Below, one piece after another: positions 49,955 to 60,561 of a stretch of DNA of 64,000 nt. Below the pieces are notes generated by a model. It ran no database searches. It worked only from the letters and a program-made list of their open reading frames with translations, and was not told the origin of the DNA. Position 1 is the first letter of the stretch, and each line of letters starts with the position of its first letter. Source of the stretch: Myxococcota bacterium (lineage in GTDB: Bacteria > Myxococcota_A > UBA9160 > UBA4427); contig OZ252299.1 of NCBI GenBank assembly GCA_965250285.1, positions 96,001-160,000 of the forward strand, given 5' to 3'. The position numbers were made by a program, and so were the translations under genes.

Positions 49955-52369
49955 ATGAGCCACGTACCCCCCTGTCGTGAGATGCCGCTCGAGCTGCCCG
50001 TGCTCCCCATGCGCGAGTTCGTGCTCTTCCCCTACATGGTCCTGCCGCTGTTCGTCGCGCGGGATCGCTCGGTCACCGCCATCGAGGATGCCCTCGCTGG
50101 TGATCGGCTGATCCTGCTCGTGACGCAGCGAGACCCGGGCCTCGAAGATCCGACGCCCGATCAGCTGTACGGCATCGGCACGGTCGCGATGGTGATGCGA
50201 TCGATGCGCCTCGCCGACGGCCGACTCAAGGTGCTCGTGCAGGGCCTGTCGCGCGCGCGCATCGACAGCGTGATCGAGGACGACGCCAGCACTTGGGTGC
50301 GGGTCGATCATCTCGAGACCGAAGAGCTCGATACGTGGAGCGTCGAGAGCGAAGCGCTGACCCGCACCGTGCGCTCGCGGGTCGAAGAGCTGCTGCCGCT
50401 CAAGAATCTGCCGCCCGAGGTGCTGTCGATCATCTCGAGCGCCGAGAAGCCTGGCCGCCTCGCCGATCTCGTCGCCTCGAATCTGCGTCTGCGCCTCGAA
50501 GAGGCCCAGGAGATTCTCGAGCTCTCCGATCCGATCGCCAAGCTCCGAAAGGTCGACGCCGTACTGCGGCGCGAGCTCGACGTGTCGAGCATGCAGGCCG
50601 AGATCCAGACCCAGGCGCGCGAGGAGCTGACCCGCGGCCAACGCGAGGTCTTTCTGCGCGAGCAGCTGCGCGCGATCCAGAGCGAGCTCGGCGAGATCGA
50701 CCCGCGCGGCGAAGAGGTCGACGAGTACCGCTACCGCATCGAAGAAGCCGACCTGCCGGGCGAGGCCTACGAAGAGGCCGTCAAGCAGCTGCGCCGACTC
50801 GAGCGGATGCATCCCGACGGTCCCGAGGCCCAGGTCGTGCGCAACTACCTCGACTGGGTGTGCGATCTGCCCTGGGATCGCTGCTCGCCCGACCGACTCG
50901 ACCTCGAGCACGCCCGTGAGATCCTCGACGCCGATCACGCCCACCTCGACGGTGTGAAGGAGCGCATGCTCGAGTTTCTCGGTGTGCGCAAGCTCCGCGA
51001 AGACAGCCGGGGGCCGATTCTCTGCCTCGCCGGTCCGCCGGGCGTCGGCAAGACGAGCCTCGGTCGTTCGATCGCCCGCGCCATGGGCCGCGAGTTCGTG
51101 CGCGTTTCGCTCGGTGGCGTGCGGGACGAGGCCGAGATTCGTGGCCATCGACGCACCTACGTCGGTGCTCTGCCCGGCCGCATCATCCAGGCGATGAAGC
51201 AGGCGGGGACGACGAACCCCGTGATCATGCTCGACGAGATCGACAAGCTCGGCGCAGACTTCCGCGGCGACCCGGCGGCGGCGCTCCTCGAGGTGCTCGA
51301 CCCCGAGCAGAACTCGAAGTTCAGCGATCACTTCATGAACCTGCCCTTCGACCTCTCGAAGGTGCTGTTCATCGCGACGGCCAACATGCTCGAGCCGATC
51401 CCCGGTCCCCTGCGCGATCGCATGGAGGTGATTCGACTGGCGGGCTACACGCCCGAGGAAAAGGTCGAGATCGCCGGACGCTTTCTGATCCCTCGGCAGA
51501 TCACCGAGCACGGGCTCGTGCCGACGCAGCTCGAATGGTCGAAGAACGCGATCGATCTGCTGACCGCGAAGTACACCCACGAGGCCGGCGTGCGAAACCT
51601 CGAGCGCCAGGTCGCGACGGTCTGCCGCAAGGTCGCCCGCAAGGCGGCCGAGGGGGACGACGCTCCGGTTCGCATCACGCAGCGCACCTTGCCCCGATAT
51701 CTGGGGCCGGCCCCCTTCGAAGACGAGCACGACGATCGCGAGCCCGAGATCGGGGTCGTGCAGGGACTCGCGTGGACCGAGGCCGGCGGCGACGTCCTCA
51801 CCCTCGAAGCCAATCTCGCTTCGGGCAAGGGGCTCACGCTGACGGGTCAGCTCGGGGACGTGATGAAGGAATCGGGTCAGACCGCTCACAGCTTCGTGCG
51901 CTCGCTGCTCCGCGAGGTCGATGCCGACGACTCGGTGCTGAGCCGCAACGAGACCCACGTACACGTGCCGGCCGGCGCCACGCCCAAGGACGGTCCCTCG
52001 GCCGGCGTCTCGATCGCCACGGCGATCGTGTCGGTGGCGACCGGCAGCGCGGTACGCCGCGACGTCGCGATGACGGGCGAGATCACGCTGCGAGGCCGCG
52101 TCCTCGCCGTGGGCGGTGTGCGCGAGAAGGCTCTGGCCGCGCTTCGTTCGGGCATTCGCACGATCATCCTGCCCCGGTCGTCGATGAAGGATGTCGAGGA
52201 GATCCCGAAGGATCTGCGCCGCAAGCTCGAGTTCATCCCGGTCGTGCACATGCGCGAGGTGCTCGAACACGCGCTCGTCGATCCGCTGCGCTGGCGGACC
52301 CACCCCGTGCGTTTGCCCCAGGGCGCGCAGTACGTGGCTGGCGCCGCGTCCGTCCGGGAACACGACTGA
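49955..52369 (+). CDS. lon: ATP-dependent protease La
   Basis: GPPGVGKTS, IRGHRRTYVGA, PKDGPSAG. Confidence 0.96.
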   Translation: MSHVPPCREMPLELPVLPMREFVLFPYMVLPLFVARDRSVTAIEDALAGDRLILLVTQRDPGLEDPTPDQLYGIGTVAMVMRSMRLADGRLKVLVQGLSRARIDSVIEDDASTWVRVDHLETEELDTWSVESEALTRTVRSRVEELLPLKNLPPEVLSIISSAEKPGRLADLVASNLRLRLEEAQEILELSDPIAKLRKVDAVLRRELDVSSMQAEIQTQAREELTRGQREVFLREQLRAIQSELGEIDPRGEEVDEYRYRIEEADLPGEAYEEAVKQLRRLERMHPDGPEAQVVRNYLDWVCDLPWDRCSPDRLDLEHAREILDADHAHLDGVKERMLEFLGVRKLREDSRGPILCLAGPPGVGKTSLGRSIARAMGREFVRVSLGGVRDEAEIRGHRRTYVGALPGRIIQAMKQAGTTNPVIMLDEIDKLGADFRGDPAAALLEVLDPEQNSKFSDHFMNLPFDLSKVLFIATANMLEPIPGPLRDRMEVIRLAGYTPEEKVEIAGRFLIPRQITEHGLVPTQLEWSKNAIDLLTAKYTHEAGVRNLERQVATVCRKVARKAAEGDDAPVRITQRTLPRYLGPAPFEDEHDDREPEIGVVQGLAWTEAGGDVLTLEANLASGKGLTLTGQLGDVMKESGQTAHSFVRSLLREVDADDSVLSRNETHVHVPAGATPKDGPSAGVSIATAIVSVATGSAVRRDVAMTGEITLRGRVLAVGGVREKALAALRSGIRTIILPRSSMKDVEEIPKDLRRKLEFIPVVHMREVLEHALVDPLRWRTHPVRLPQGAQYVAGAASVREHD

Positions 52370-52445
52370 TCCAGCCGCCGCCCTTGATCTGAAGATGCAC
52401 ATGCGAGCGACGGGGTGCGTCGGGCCGACGTATCATCCGTCTCCG

Positions 52446-53417
52446 ATGACCCGCCGCACTCCGCAGCGCACCCTCGAAGACCTCGGCGAGTTCGGTCTGA
52501 TCGATCGCATCGAGCGCCGCGCCCGCCGGCTCACCGGGCGTCGCGTGCGCCTCGGGATCGGCGACGACGCGGCGCTGCTGCGACCCGCGCCCGGCTTCGA
52601 ACTCACGGTCACGGCCGACACCGCCGTCGAGGGCGTGCACTTTCGGTTCGAGACCGCATCGGCCCGATCCATCGGTCGACGCGCGTTGGTGGCCAACCTC
52701 TCGGACCTCGCCGCCATGGGCGCGCGTCCGATCGGCTTCACGTGTGCGCTGCAGGCGCCTGCGTCGCTCCCGCTCGCGCGGGTCGACGCGCTCATCGACG
52801 GGCTGCTCAGCGAAGCCGAGATGCACGGCGCACCGCTCGTCGGGGGCAACGTGACGCGGGCGCGCGAGACGTCGCTCGCGATCACCGCGATCGGCGAGGT
52901 CGAGCAGGGCCGCGCCCTTCTGCGATCGGGCCTGCGCGCCGGCGATCGGCTCTACGTGACCGGGCGACTCGGCGCCGCCGCGCTCGCAGTCGCCCGAGCC
53001 GAGGCCCGAGGCGGTCGCATCCGGCACCTCGCCCGGCCCCGTCTCGAAGCGGGGCGGTCGCTGCTGCGATGGGGGCGCTGCTCGGCGTGCATCGACGTGT
53101 CCGACGGGCTCGCGGCCGACCTCGGCCACATGCTCGAGGCCAGCGGGGTCGGCGCCGACGTCGATGCGGCGCGGGTGCCCCGCGCTCGGGGCCTCGGGGC
53201 CGGCGCTCGGTCGCTGGGCCTCGACCCAGAGGCCCTCGCCTTCGCGGGGGGAGAAGACTACGAGCTCGTCTTCGGCCTGCGCCCCGGCCGCGGTCCGTGG
53301 CCCTCGGCGGCGGCGCTCGCACGTCGGCTGGGTACAGCCGCAGCAGAATTCGGCGTCGTCACTTCACGCCGCGGCCTGCGTGGTCTGCCCGATCTCGGCG
53401 GGCACACGCACTTCTGA
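52446..53417 (+). CDS. thiL: Thiamine-monophosphate kinase
   Basis: GEFGLI, GIGDDAA, NLSDLAAMGA, DVSDGL, GGEDYEL. Confidence 0.95.
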   Translation: MTRRTPQRTLEDLGEFGLIDRIERRARRLTGRRVRLGIGDDAALLRPAPGFELTVTADTAVEGVHFRFETASARSIGRRALVANLSDLAAMGARPIGFTCALQAPASLPLARVDALIDGLLSEAEMHGAPLVGGNVTRARETSLAITAIGEVEQGRALLRSGLRAGDRLYVTGRLGAAALAVARAEARGGRIRHLARPRLEAGRSLLRWGRCSACIDVSDGLAADLGHMLEASGVGADVDAARVPRARGLGAGARSLGLDPEALAFAGGEDYELVFGLRPGRGPWPSAAALARRLGTAAAEFGVVTSRRGLRGLPDLGGHTHF

Positions 53418-53501
53418 ACCGGGCCCGTCTCGGCGCGATTTCGTCGCGAATCTCCATTCCTACGCAATCAAGATGCGTTTCGTCCGGCCGATACGATCGG
53501 A

Positions 53502-54806
53502 GTGCGCATCACGTTGACGACCAAATTCGTGGTGGGGTCGCTCGTGGTCGCGGGGGGCACCCTCGCGTTCCCAGAGCTGATCCGGTGGTTCGGACTCGCG
53601 TTCGACGCCTGGGGCACGTTCGCCGTCGCGCTCGGCGTGGGCGGTGGGATCGGCTTCTTTCTGTCGCAGATGCTTGGCTCGAAGTTCCAGGCCCTGCGCG
53701 ACCTGACCGACCAGGTGCGCAACGGCGACTTCTCGGCCTCCCAGGCCGAGGTGCCGCTCTCGCGCTTTGCCGACGAGACCGATGACCTCGCCCGCAGTCT
53801 GGGCGGGATGATCGGCCAGCTCCGTGACCTGGTCGAGAACGTGCAGGCGACCGCCGGTTCGGTGACGAGCTCGGCTCAAGGCCTCAATGCCTCGATCGAA
53901 GAGGTGCGCACGAGCGGCCAGGGCATCACCGATGCCATGGGGACCGTTGCTTCGAGCGTCGACAAGCAGCAGGGCATGATCGACGAAGCGGCGAATCAGA
54001 TGCAGGACATCAGCTCGGCCATCGACCAGAACGCAGAGCGCGCTCGCGAGGCATTCGGCTTCGCGGCCGAGGCGAACCAGAAGGCGGGCACCGGCGTCGA
54101 GGTCGCCCAGCTCGCCATCGAGAAGATGCGCAGCGTGTTCGAGCGTGTCGAGCTGACGGGCAACAAGGTCTTCCAGCTCGAAGCGAAGACCCGGCACGTT
54201 CACCAGATCACCGAGATGATCACGAGCGTCGCCCACCGCACGAACCTGCTCTCGCTGAATGCCTCGATCGAGGCGGCGCGCGCGGGCGAGGCGGGGCGCG
54301 GCTTCTCGGTCGTCGCCGACGAGATTCGCAAGCTCTCCGAGAGTGCGGGGCGGAGCGCCGAAGAGATCACGGCGCTCGTCAACGAGATCCAGGCCGATAC
54401 CGACGAGGTCGCCGACGAGATGCGTCAGTCGCGCATGGTGATCGGCGAGGGCCGTGAGGATGTCAACACGATCGCCTCGTCGCTCGAGCAGATCTCGATG
54501 GCCGTCGGCGAGGCCGCGGCGCGATCCGAAGAGATCTTCCACGGCGCCGACTCGCAGAGTCTCAACGCCGACCGCATGGCCGACAACCTCACCGAGATCG
54601 CGAACGTCTCGCGCGGCAACAGCGAAGGTCTCGAGACCGCGTCGCATACCGCGAGCGATCAGCTCTCGAGCATGGCGACGGTCGTCGAGCAGTCGCGCGC
54701 GCTCACGGTGCTCGCCGAAGAGCTGCAGACGACGCTCGAGCGCTTCCGCACGGCCCGCAACGCCGCCGACGCGATCCGCGACGAGTCGGGGGAGGGCGGG
54801 GCATGA
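53502..54806 (+). CDS. Methyl-accepting chemotaxis protein without periplasmic domain (DifA-like)
   Basis: Two adjacent TMs, [30 protein letters not shown]. Confidence 0.9.
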   Translation: MRITLTTKFVVGSLVVAGGTLAFPELIRWFGLAFDAWGTFAVALGVGGGIGFFLSQMLGSKFQALRDLTDQVRNGDFSASQAEVPLSRFADETDDLARSLGGMIGQLRDLVENVQATAGSVTSSAQGLNASIEEVRTSGQGITDAMGTVASSVDKQQGMIDEAANQMQDISSAIDQNAERAREAFGFAAEANQKAGTGVEVAQLAIEKMRSVFERVELTGNKVFQLEAKTRHVHQITEMITSVAHRTNLLSLNASIEAARAGEAGRGFSVVADEIRKLSESAGRSAEEITALVNEIQADTDEVADEMRQSRMVIGEGREDVNTIASSLEQISMAVGEAAARSEEIFHGADSQSLNADRMADNLTEIANVSRGNSEGLETASHTASDQLSSMATVVEQSRALTVLAEELQTTLERFRTARNAADAIRDESGEGGA

Positions 54807-55294
54807 GCGAGCAGGCTTCGGCCGCACACAGCGACGAGCGCCTGCTCACCTTCGAGGTGGGTGCGACCATGTACGCCCTGCCCATCGAGGCGGTGCACGA
54901 GGTCGCCGAGGCGCAGCAGGTCAGCTGCGTGCCGGGTCTGCCTACGGCTCAGGCCGGCGTGATGAACTGGAGCGGCGAGGCGTTGCCCATCGTCGCGAAC
55001 CATCTGCTGTTGGCGATCGCCGAGCAAGCCGACGCCGCCGCCGAACAGCCGGAGAGCATCGTCGACGAGCACGTGCTCGTCGTCGCCGAGCGCGCCGACG
55101 CGCCGGCGCGCCTCGGCCTGCCGGTGGACAAGGTGGTGGGCCTGGTCGACGGGGGACGACGCGTCGCCCGGGGCCAGAGACTCGTTCAGGAAAGACGGCC
55201 CATCGAGGGACGGGTCGTTCACGTTCTGGATCCGCGCGAGCTCGTCGCGCGCGCGGGCCGGATCGTGGCCAAGGTGGAGGGCCTCGCCGCATAG
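54803..55294 (+). CDS. cheW: CheW adaptor
   Basis: [31 protein letters not shown]. Confidence 0.85.
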   Translation: MSEQASAAHSDERLLTFEVGATMYALPIEAVHEVAEAQQVSCVPGLPTAQAGVMNWSGEALPIVANHLLLAIAEQADAAAEQPESIVDEHVLVVAERADAPARLGLPVDKVVGLVDGGRRVARGQRLVQERRPIEGRVVHVLDPRELVARAGRIVAKVEGLAA

Positions 55295-55324
55295 GGGCGG
55301 GGCCTCGAATGGGAGACCGGAAAG

Positions 55325-55696
55325 ATGAAGGCACGAGTTCTGATCGCAGACGACGCTTCGTTCATGCGACAGATGATCCGCGAGATCATCGAGCCCGAAG
55401 GCTATGAGGTCGTGGGCGAGGCCACGAACGGGATCGAGGCCGTCGAGCAGTTCGAGTCGCTGCACCCCGACATCGTGACGATGGACATCGTGATGCCGAA
55501 GCGCTCGGGCATCGACGCCGTCAAGGGCATCCTCGCCCAGCACCCCGACGCCAAGATCGTGATGTGCTCGGCGCTGGGCCAGGAGACGCTCGTGATGGAG
55601 GCGCTCCAGGCCGGGGCGCGCGACTTCATCGTGAAGCCCTTCAAGCCCGACAGCGTAATCTCGACGCTCTCGAAGATCCTCGAGAAGGAGAGCTGA
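55325..55696 (+). CDS. cheY: CheY response regulator
   Basis: DDASFMR, MDIVMP, CSALGQ, KPF. Confidence 0.92.
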   Translation: MKARVLIADDASFMRQMIREIIEPEGYEVVGEATNGIEAVEQFESLHPDIVTMDIVMPKRSGIDAVKGILAQHPDAKIVMCSALGQETLVMEALQAGARDFIVKPFKPDSVISTLSKILEKES

Positions 55697-55699
55697 GAC

Positions 55700-57516
55700 T
55701 TGGCCCTCGACATGGCCAAGTATCACAAGCTCTTCCTCGAAGAGGCCGTCGATCATCTCGGCGAGATCAGCCATGCGCTGCTCGAGCTCGAGAAGGACAT
55801 GGCCTCGACGGAGAGCATCGACGTCATCTTTCGGATGGCGCACAGCATCAAGTCGATGGCCGCTTCGCTCGGCTTCGACTCGGTGACCGAGCTGTCGCAT
55901 CGCCTCGAAGACCGCATGCAGACCGTACGTGCCCGCGCTCGGGTCGCGGACGACGATGAGCTGTCGTTGCTCTTCAAGGGTCTCGAAGGTCTCGAAGCCA
56001 TGGTGGGCGCCATCCGCGACACGGGTGAAGCACCGCCGGGTGATCCGGCCCTGATGGAGGCGCTCTCGCAGCCTGCCGACGCAGCCGATGGCGGCGGCGC
56101 AGGAGACGCCCCCCCAAAAAAAGTCCTGAGCTGACCGGGCCCGAGGCGTCGCACCCGGTCGAAGCAACCGAACCGACGCCCACGGACGAAGACCCGGCCG
56201 TCGCCGCGATTCGTGCAGCGATGGAGGCCGAATTGGCCGGCGCCGACGCGGGGGCGACGCCCGACGCGCCGCCCACCGAGCACGCCTCTGCGGCGCCGAC
56301 CGAAGCGCCGAGCGCTGCCGCGTCCGATGCGGCCGCGAGCGCTCAGCCGCCTCAGCCCACTGCTTCGCTCTCGCCCACCATTCGCGTGCGCACCGAGACC
56401 CTCGATCGGTTCCTCGGCAGCGTGGGGGAGGTGATCCTCAGCTCGAATCAGCTGCGCACCGCGGCCGGTCAGACCGAGGGCAGTGCACAGCTCTCGACGG
56501 GCCTCGACCAGGTCGAGCGCCGCGTGAGCGAGCTGCAGCGCCGCGTGCTCGATCTGCGCACGACACCGCTCACGCGCGTGACCGACCAGCTGCCGCGTAC
56601 GGCGCGCCAGATCGCAGAGCGGCTCGGCAAGAAGGTCGAGGTCGAGATCATCGGCGCCGAGCTCGAGCTCGATCGCTCGATCCTCGACCGTCTGAGCGAA
56701 CCGCTGCTTCACATGGTGCGCAACGCCGTCGACCACGGCATCGAGTCGATCGATACGCGCGTCGGTGCCGGCAAACCCGACACGGGTCGCATCACGATCG
56801 AGGCGCGCCGTCAGAAGGACGACATCCTCATCGACGTGAGCGACGACGGTGGCGGGATCGATCTCGAGGGCGTCAAGCGCCGCGCGATCGATGCCGGCCA
56901 CCTGCACCCCGACCTCGCCGACGACCTGCCAGCCGAAGAGATCGTGCCGCTCATCTTCCGGCCGGGGCTCTCGACGGCGGTCGAGGTCTCGGACGTGTCG
57001 GGCCGCGGCGTCGGCATGGACGCCGTGAAGGCGACGATCGAATCCCTCGGCGGCTCGGTCGAGCTGCGCACGCGCCTGGGTGTGGGCACCACGACGACGC
57101 TTCAGGTGCCGATCACCGCCGCGGTGCAGCGCGTGCTCGTCGTCGGCGTGGCCGACGAACGCGTCGCGCTGCCGATCAGCCGCGTCGAGCGCATTCTCGA
57201 GGTCGAGCCGGGCGCGATCGAAGACGCCGGCGGCGAGTGCTTCGTGCTCATCGACGACGACCCCGTGCTGGTGCTCGATCTCGGTGCGCGTCTGTCGATC
57301 GATTCGGGCCTCGAGAGCGACATCGCCATCCCGCTCGTGATGACGACGCTGCGGGGCGAGCGCGTCGCGCTCAAGGTCGACCGCTTCGTCGGCCAGCAGG
57401 AGATCTACGTGAAGTCGGTCCCCGGGTTGCTCTCGGGGCTTCGACAGCTGGCGGGGCTCACCCTGCTCGACGACGGCAGGCCGGTCTTCTTGATCGACCT
57501 GAACCACCTGGTCTGA
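55700..57516 (+). CDS. cheA: CheA histidine kinase split by a -1 frame change at C7A7 (56109-56122)
   Basis: Hpt (FRMAHSIKS) stops at 56134; -1 frame is open through the linker into HMVRNAVDHG, SGRGVGMD and the CheW-like domain. Confidence 0.9.
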
Positions 57517-57527
57517 GGTTCGAGGCG

Positions 57528-58079
57528 ATGGACGCAGCCGAACTCGACAGAATGCAGGAGCTGACCAGCATCGGCGCCGGTCACGCCGCGAGCGCGTTTG
57601 CGCAGCTCACCGGTCAGCCCTTCTGGATGGGGTTGCCGCGCGTCGCCAAGGGTGAGGAAGGCGCCCTCGCGCCGCAGCTCGTCCTGGCGCGGCGCTGGTC
57701 GACGGGCGTGTTCTTCGAGCTCGACGGATGCCTCGACGCGCTGCTGGGGCTGCTCTTTCACGAGGACGCCAGCGAGGCGGTCGTGCGCCGCATCGTCGGC
57801 GTCGAAGAGGGCGAGATCGATCCGACCTGGATCGAGTCGGCGTTGATGGAGGTCGGGAACATCCTGGCCAGCCACGTCTCGAACGCGATCGCCGATACGC
57901 TCGGCGAGCGGCTGCTGCCCTCGATCCCGATCCTCGCGATGACCGAAGCGGAACGCGCACTGGCCCACGCCCTGCTCGACGGGCCGGGCATCGACACGTT
58001 GCGCGTCGAGTGCGAGCTGCGCGGCGGCGACGGCCAGCTGGGTGGGCTCGTCGTGCTCGTCCCGCGACAGGCCTGGTAG
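57528..58079 (+). CDS. cheC: CheC-like phosphatase (DifG-like)
   Basis: ELTSIGAGHAA, SALMEVGNILAS. Confidence 0.88.
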   Translation: MDAAELDRMQELTSIGAGHAASAFAQLTGQPFWMGLPRVAKGEEGALAPQLVLARRWSTGVFFELDGCLDALLGLLFHEDASEAVVRRIVGVEEGEIDPTWIESALMEVGNILASHVSNAIADTLGERLLPSIPILAMTEAERALAHALLDGPGIDTLRVECELRGGDGQLGGLVVLVPRQAW

Positions 58080-58137
58080 GGGGGCGCCCGCGCGTCGAAC
58101 CGCGCCGCGTTTGCCTGTGTCATCTTCACGCCCTCCC

Positions 58138-58758
58138 ATGGGTGTGCGCGAGCAGAACAAGCAGGCGAGAAAGGACCGGATCCTCGCAGCGGCGGCCGAG
58201 CTGCTCGCGGAGGGCGGTGCCGAGGCGCTCACGATGCGTGAGCTCGCCTCCGCTGCCGGTCTCTCGGAGGCGACGCCCTACAACCTCTTTGGCTCGAAGG
58301 CGGGCGTCGTCGAAGCGCTCTTTCAAGCCGAGATGACGACGATCGTCGCGCGCAGCTTCGAACACACGCCGAGCGACCCGATCGAGCGCCTCTTCGTGAG
58401 CACCGAGATGCTCGCCGAGACCTGGGCCTCCGAGTCGGGCGTCTTTCGCGAGCTGATCCGCTGCGCGCGCGAGTCGGGGGCCGACCTCGCGCGCTTCTCC
58501 GAGCTGCCGACGTCGCTGCTGCGGGCCGGCCTGACCGACGCCCGGGCCGCTGGCGCGATCACCGATGCGGTGCCCCTCGCTGACGTCGCGCGCCACGTCT
58601 TCCTTTCGAACCAGGGCGCCTACGAGCCCTGGATCTCGGGCCAGACAGACGATGCGACGCTGCGGCGCGATCTCATCGTGGGGCTGTCGCTGTCGCTCCT
58701 GAGCGTCGCGACGCCGGAGACCCGCAAGCGCATCCTGGAGCGGCTCTCGACGGCCTGA
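58138..58758 (+). CDS. TetR/AcrR regulator
   Basis: LTMRELASAAGLSEATPYNLFGSK. Confidence 0.9.
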   Translation: MGVREQNKQARKDRILAAAAELLAEGGAEALTMRELASAAGLSEATPYNLFGSKAGVVEALFQAEMTTIVARSFEHTPSDPIERLFVSTEMLAETWASESGVFRELIRCARESGADLARFSELPTSLLRAGLTDARAAGAITDAVPLADVARHVFLSNQGAYEPWISGQTDDATLRRDLIVGLSLSLLSVATPETRKRILERLSTA

Positions 58759-58795
58759 AGCCGATCCGAGTCAGCTGCTCGGTCCGTCCCGAGAG

Positions 58796-58819
58796 ATATT
58801 TATAACGTGCTATAAGTAT
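58796..58819. promoter_or_regulatory. AT-rich inverted repeat, probable operator/promoter
   Basis: ATATTTATA-ACGTGC-TATAAGTAT between tetR and the Coq4-like gene. Confidence 0.6.
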
Positions 58820-58856
58820 GTGAAACGGGCGGCCGCCGGCCGGGCCGTGGAGGGCG

Positions 58857-59588
58857 ATGATGCAACGCCGCGATGACCGTATCCGATGGGGCGACGCCCG
58901 CGCGGCACTCCGCTCGCTCCAGCGCGACCCCGAGCGGAGCGAGCTGGTCTTCGAGATTGTACGCGCGCTCTCGGGTCGACAGCAGCGGCGCATCGTCGAG
59001 CGCATTCGCCGCGACCCCGAAGGCGCGCGCATGCTGCGCCAACGACCGCACTTCGACGCCGATCACGTCGACCTCGCCGCGCTCGAGCGCCTGCCCCGCG
59101 GCACGTTCGGTCGCGCGTTCGCGCGTTGGATGAGCGAGCAGGCCTTCGAACCGGGAATGGAGGCGCGCGACTGGACCGGCGATGACGAGCTCGCCTATGT
59201 GGGGCGACGGCTGAGTCAGGTGCACGATCTGTGGCATGTGCTCTCGGGGTACAACCGTGATCCCCTCGGCGAGCTCGGCATGCTCGCCTTCAGCGTCGGG
59301 CAGACCGCGACACGCGGGTTCGTGTTCATTCTCTCGAACGTGGCGTGGCGCGCCGTGTGCAATCGCTGGCGAGACGACCGCCGGCTCGGCAGCCCCCTGC
59401 TGCCCTATCTGTGGCGCGCCTACCGCGCGGGTCGACGTGCTCGATATCTGCCGGCCCTCGTGCTCGAGGAGCGCTTCGGCATTTCGCTCGCCGACGTGCG
59501 CCGGGAGCTCGGGATCGAGCCGCTGACTGCGTCGTTCCACCCAGGTGCGCTGCCGCCGATCGGGTCGTCTCCCCTCGAGGTTGCCTGA
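58857..59588 (+). CDS. Coq4 family protein
   Basis: LPRGTFGRAF, HDLWHVLSGY...GE. Confidence 0.85.
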   Translation: MMQRRDDRIRWGDARAALRSLQRDPERSELVFEIVRALSGRQQRRIVERIRRDPEGARMLRQRPHFDADHVDLAALERLPRGTFGRAFARWMSEQAFEPGMEARDWTGDDELAYVGRRLSQVHDLWHVLSGYNRDPLGELGMLAFSVGQTATRGFVFILSNVAWRAVCNRWRDDRRLGSPLLPYLWRAYRAGRRARYLPALVLEERFGISLADVRRELGIEPLTASFHPGALPPIGSSPLEVA

Positions 59589-59807
59589 GCGAGGGGCCTC
59601 GACGCGAATCAGGGGCGTTGATGCGCCCAAGGTCGGCGCGCGATCTCGCTCGCATCGACTCAGCTCTCGTTGCCGCTTGGATTGCGGGTCTGGGATTCGA
59701 AGCGGATGAATCTGCGCGTGGCGTGCCCGCGCGGTTGAGCGTCCGTTGGAAAAGCCGCGCGCGGCGGCCCTGGGCCGACTCTGATAGCTTCGCGGGCCGA
59801 GGTTCTC

Positions 59808-60560
59808 ATGGGTCCGGATCGACTCAAAGCGCTGCTCGAGGCCGTTCAGGCCGGCGAGGTCGACGTCGCCTCGGCGGTGGGTGAGCTCTCGCGACTGCAC
59901 GTCGTCGAGACGCCGGGCGCGCGCGTCGATACGCATCGGGCGCTTCGGCAGGGCATTCCCGAGGTCGTATTCGGCCAGGGGAAGAGCGCCGACCAGATCG
60001 TCGACGTGATCCGCGCCCTCGAAGACGTCGGTCAGCCGGTGCTCGTGACGCGCGTCGGCCGCGAGCTGGCCGAGGCCGTGCTCGAGAAGGCGCCCGAGGG
60101 TGTCTACGAGGCCGAGGCGCGTCTGCTCTGGTACGGGCCCGACGCGCCCGAGAACCAGGGGCGCGGTGTGATTGGCGTGATCTCGGCGGGCTCGTCGGAT
60201 CGTCCCGTCGCCTTCGAGGCGGCGCGCGTGGCCCACTACTTCGGCAACGAAGTCGACGTGATCGAAGACGTGGGTGTGGCCGGCCTGCACCGCATTCTCT
60301 CGGTGCAGGATCGACTGCGGGCCGCTCGCGTGCTGATCGTGGTCGCGGGCATGGAGGGCGCGCTGCCCGCCGTGGTGGGTGGCCTCGTGGACAAGCCGGT
60401 GATCGCGGTGCCGACCAGCATCGGCTACGGCGCAGCCCTCGGCGGTCTGACCGCGCTGCTCGGCATGCTGACGAGCTGTGCTTCGAACGTGACGGTCGTC
60501 AACATCGACAACGGATTCGGGGCCGCGCATGTCGCGACGCTCATCAACCGCCTCGCGTAG
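59808..60560 (+). CDS. larB: Nickel-pincer cofactor biosynthesis protein LarB
   Basis: PEVVFGQGK, DVGVAGLHR, AGMEGALP, VVNIDNGFGAA. Confidence 0.93.
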   Translation: MGPDRLKALLEAVQAGEVDVASAVGELSRLHVVETPGARVDTHRALRQGIPEVVFGQGKSADQIVDVIRALEDVGQPVLVTRVGRELAEAVLEKAPEGVYEAEARLLWYGPDAPENQGRGVIGVISAGSSDRPVAFEAARVAHYFGNEVDVIEDVGVAGLHRILSVQDRLRAARVLIVVAGMEGALPAVVGGLVDKPVIAVPTSIGYGAALGGLTALLGMLTSCASNVTVVNIDNGFGAAHVATLINRLA

Positions 60561-60561
60561 C

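Noticed and set aside
47402..52402. 1666-aa minus-strand ORF and similar long antisense ORFs (34875-37394, 4149-6449)
   Set aside because: Shadow frames of well-supported genes in high-GC DNA; no recognisable motifs.
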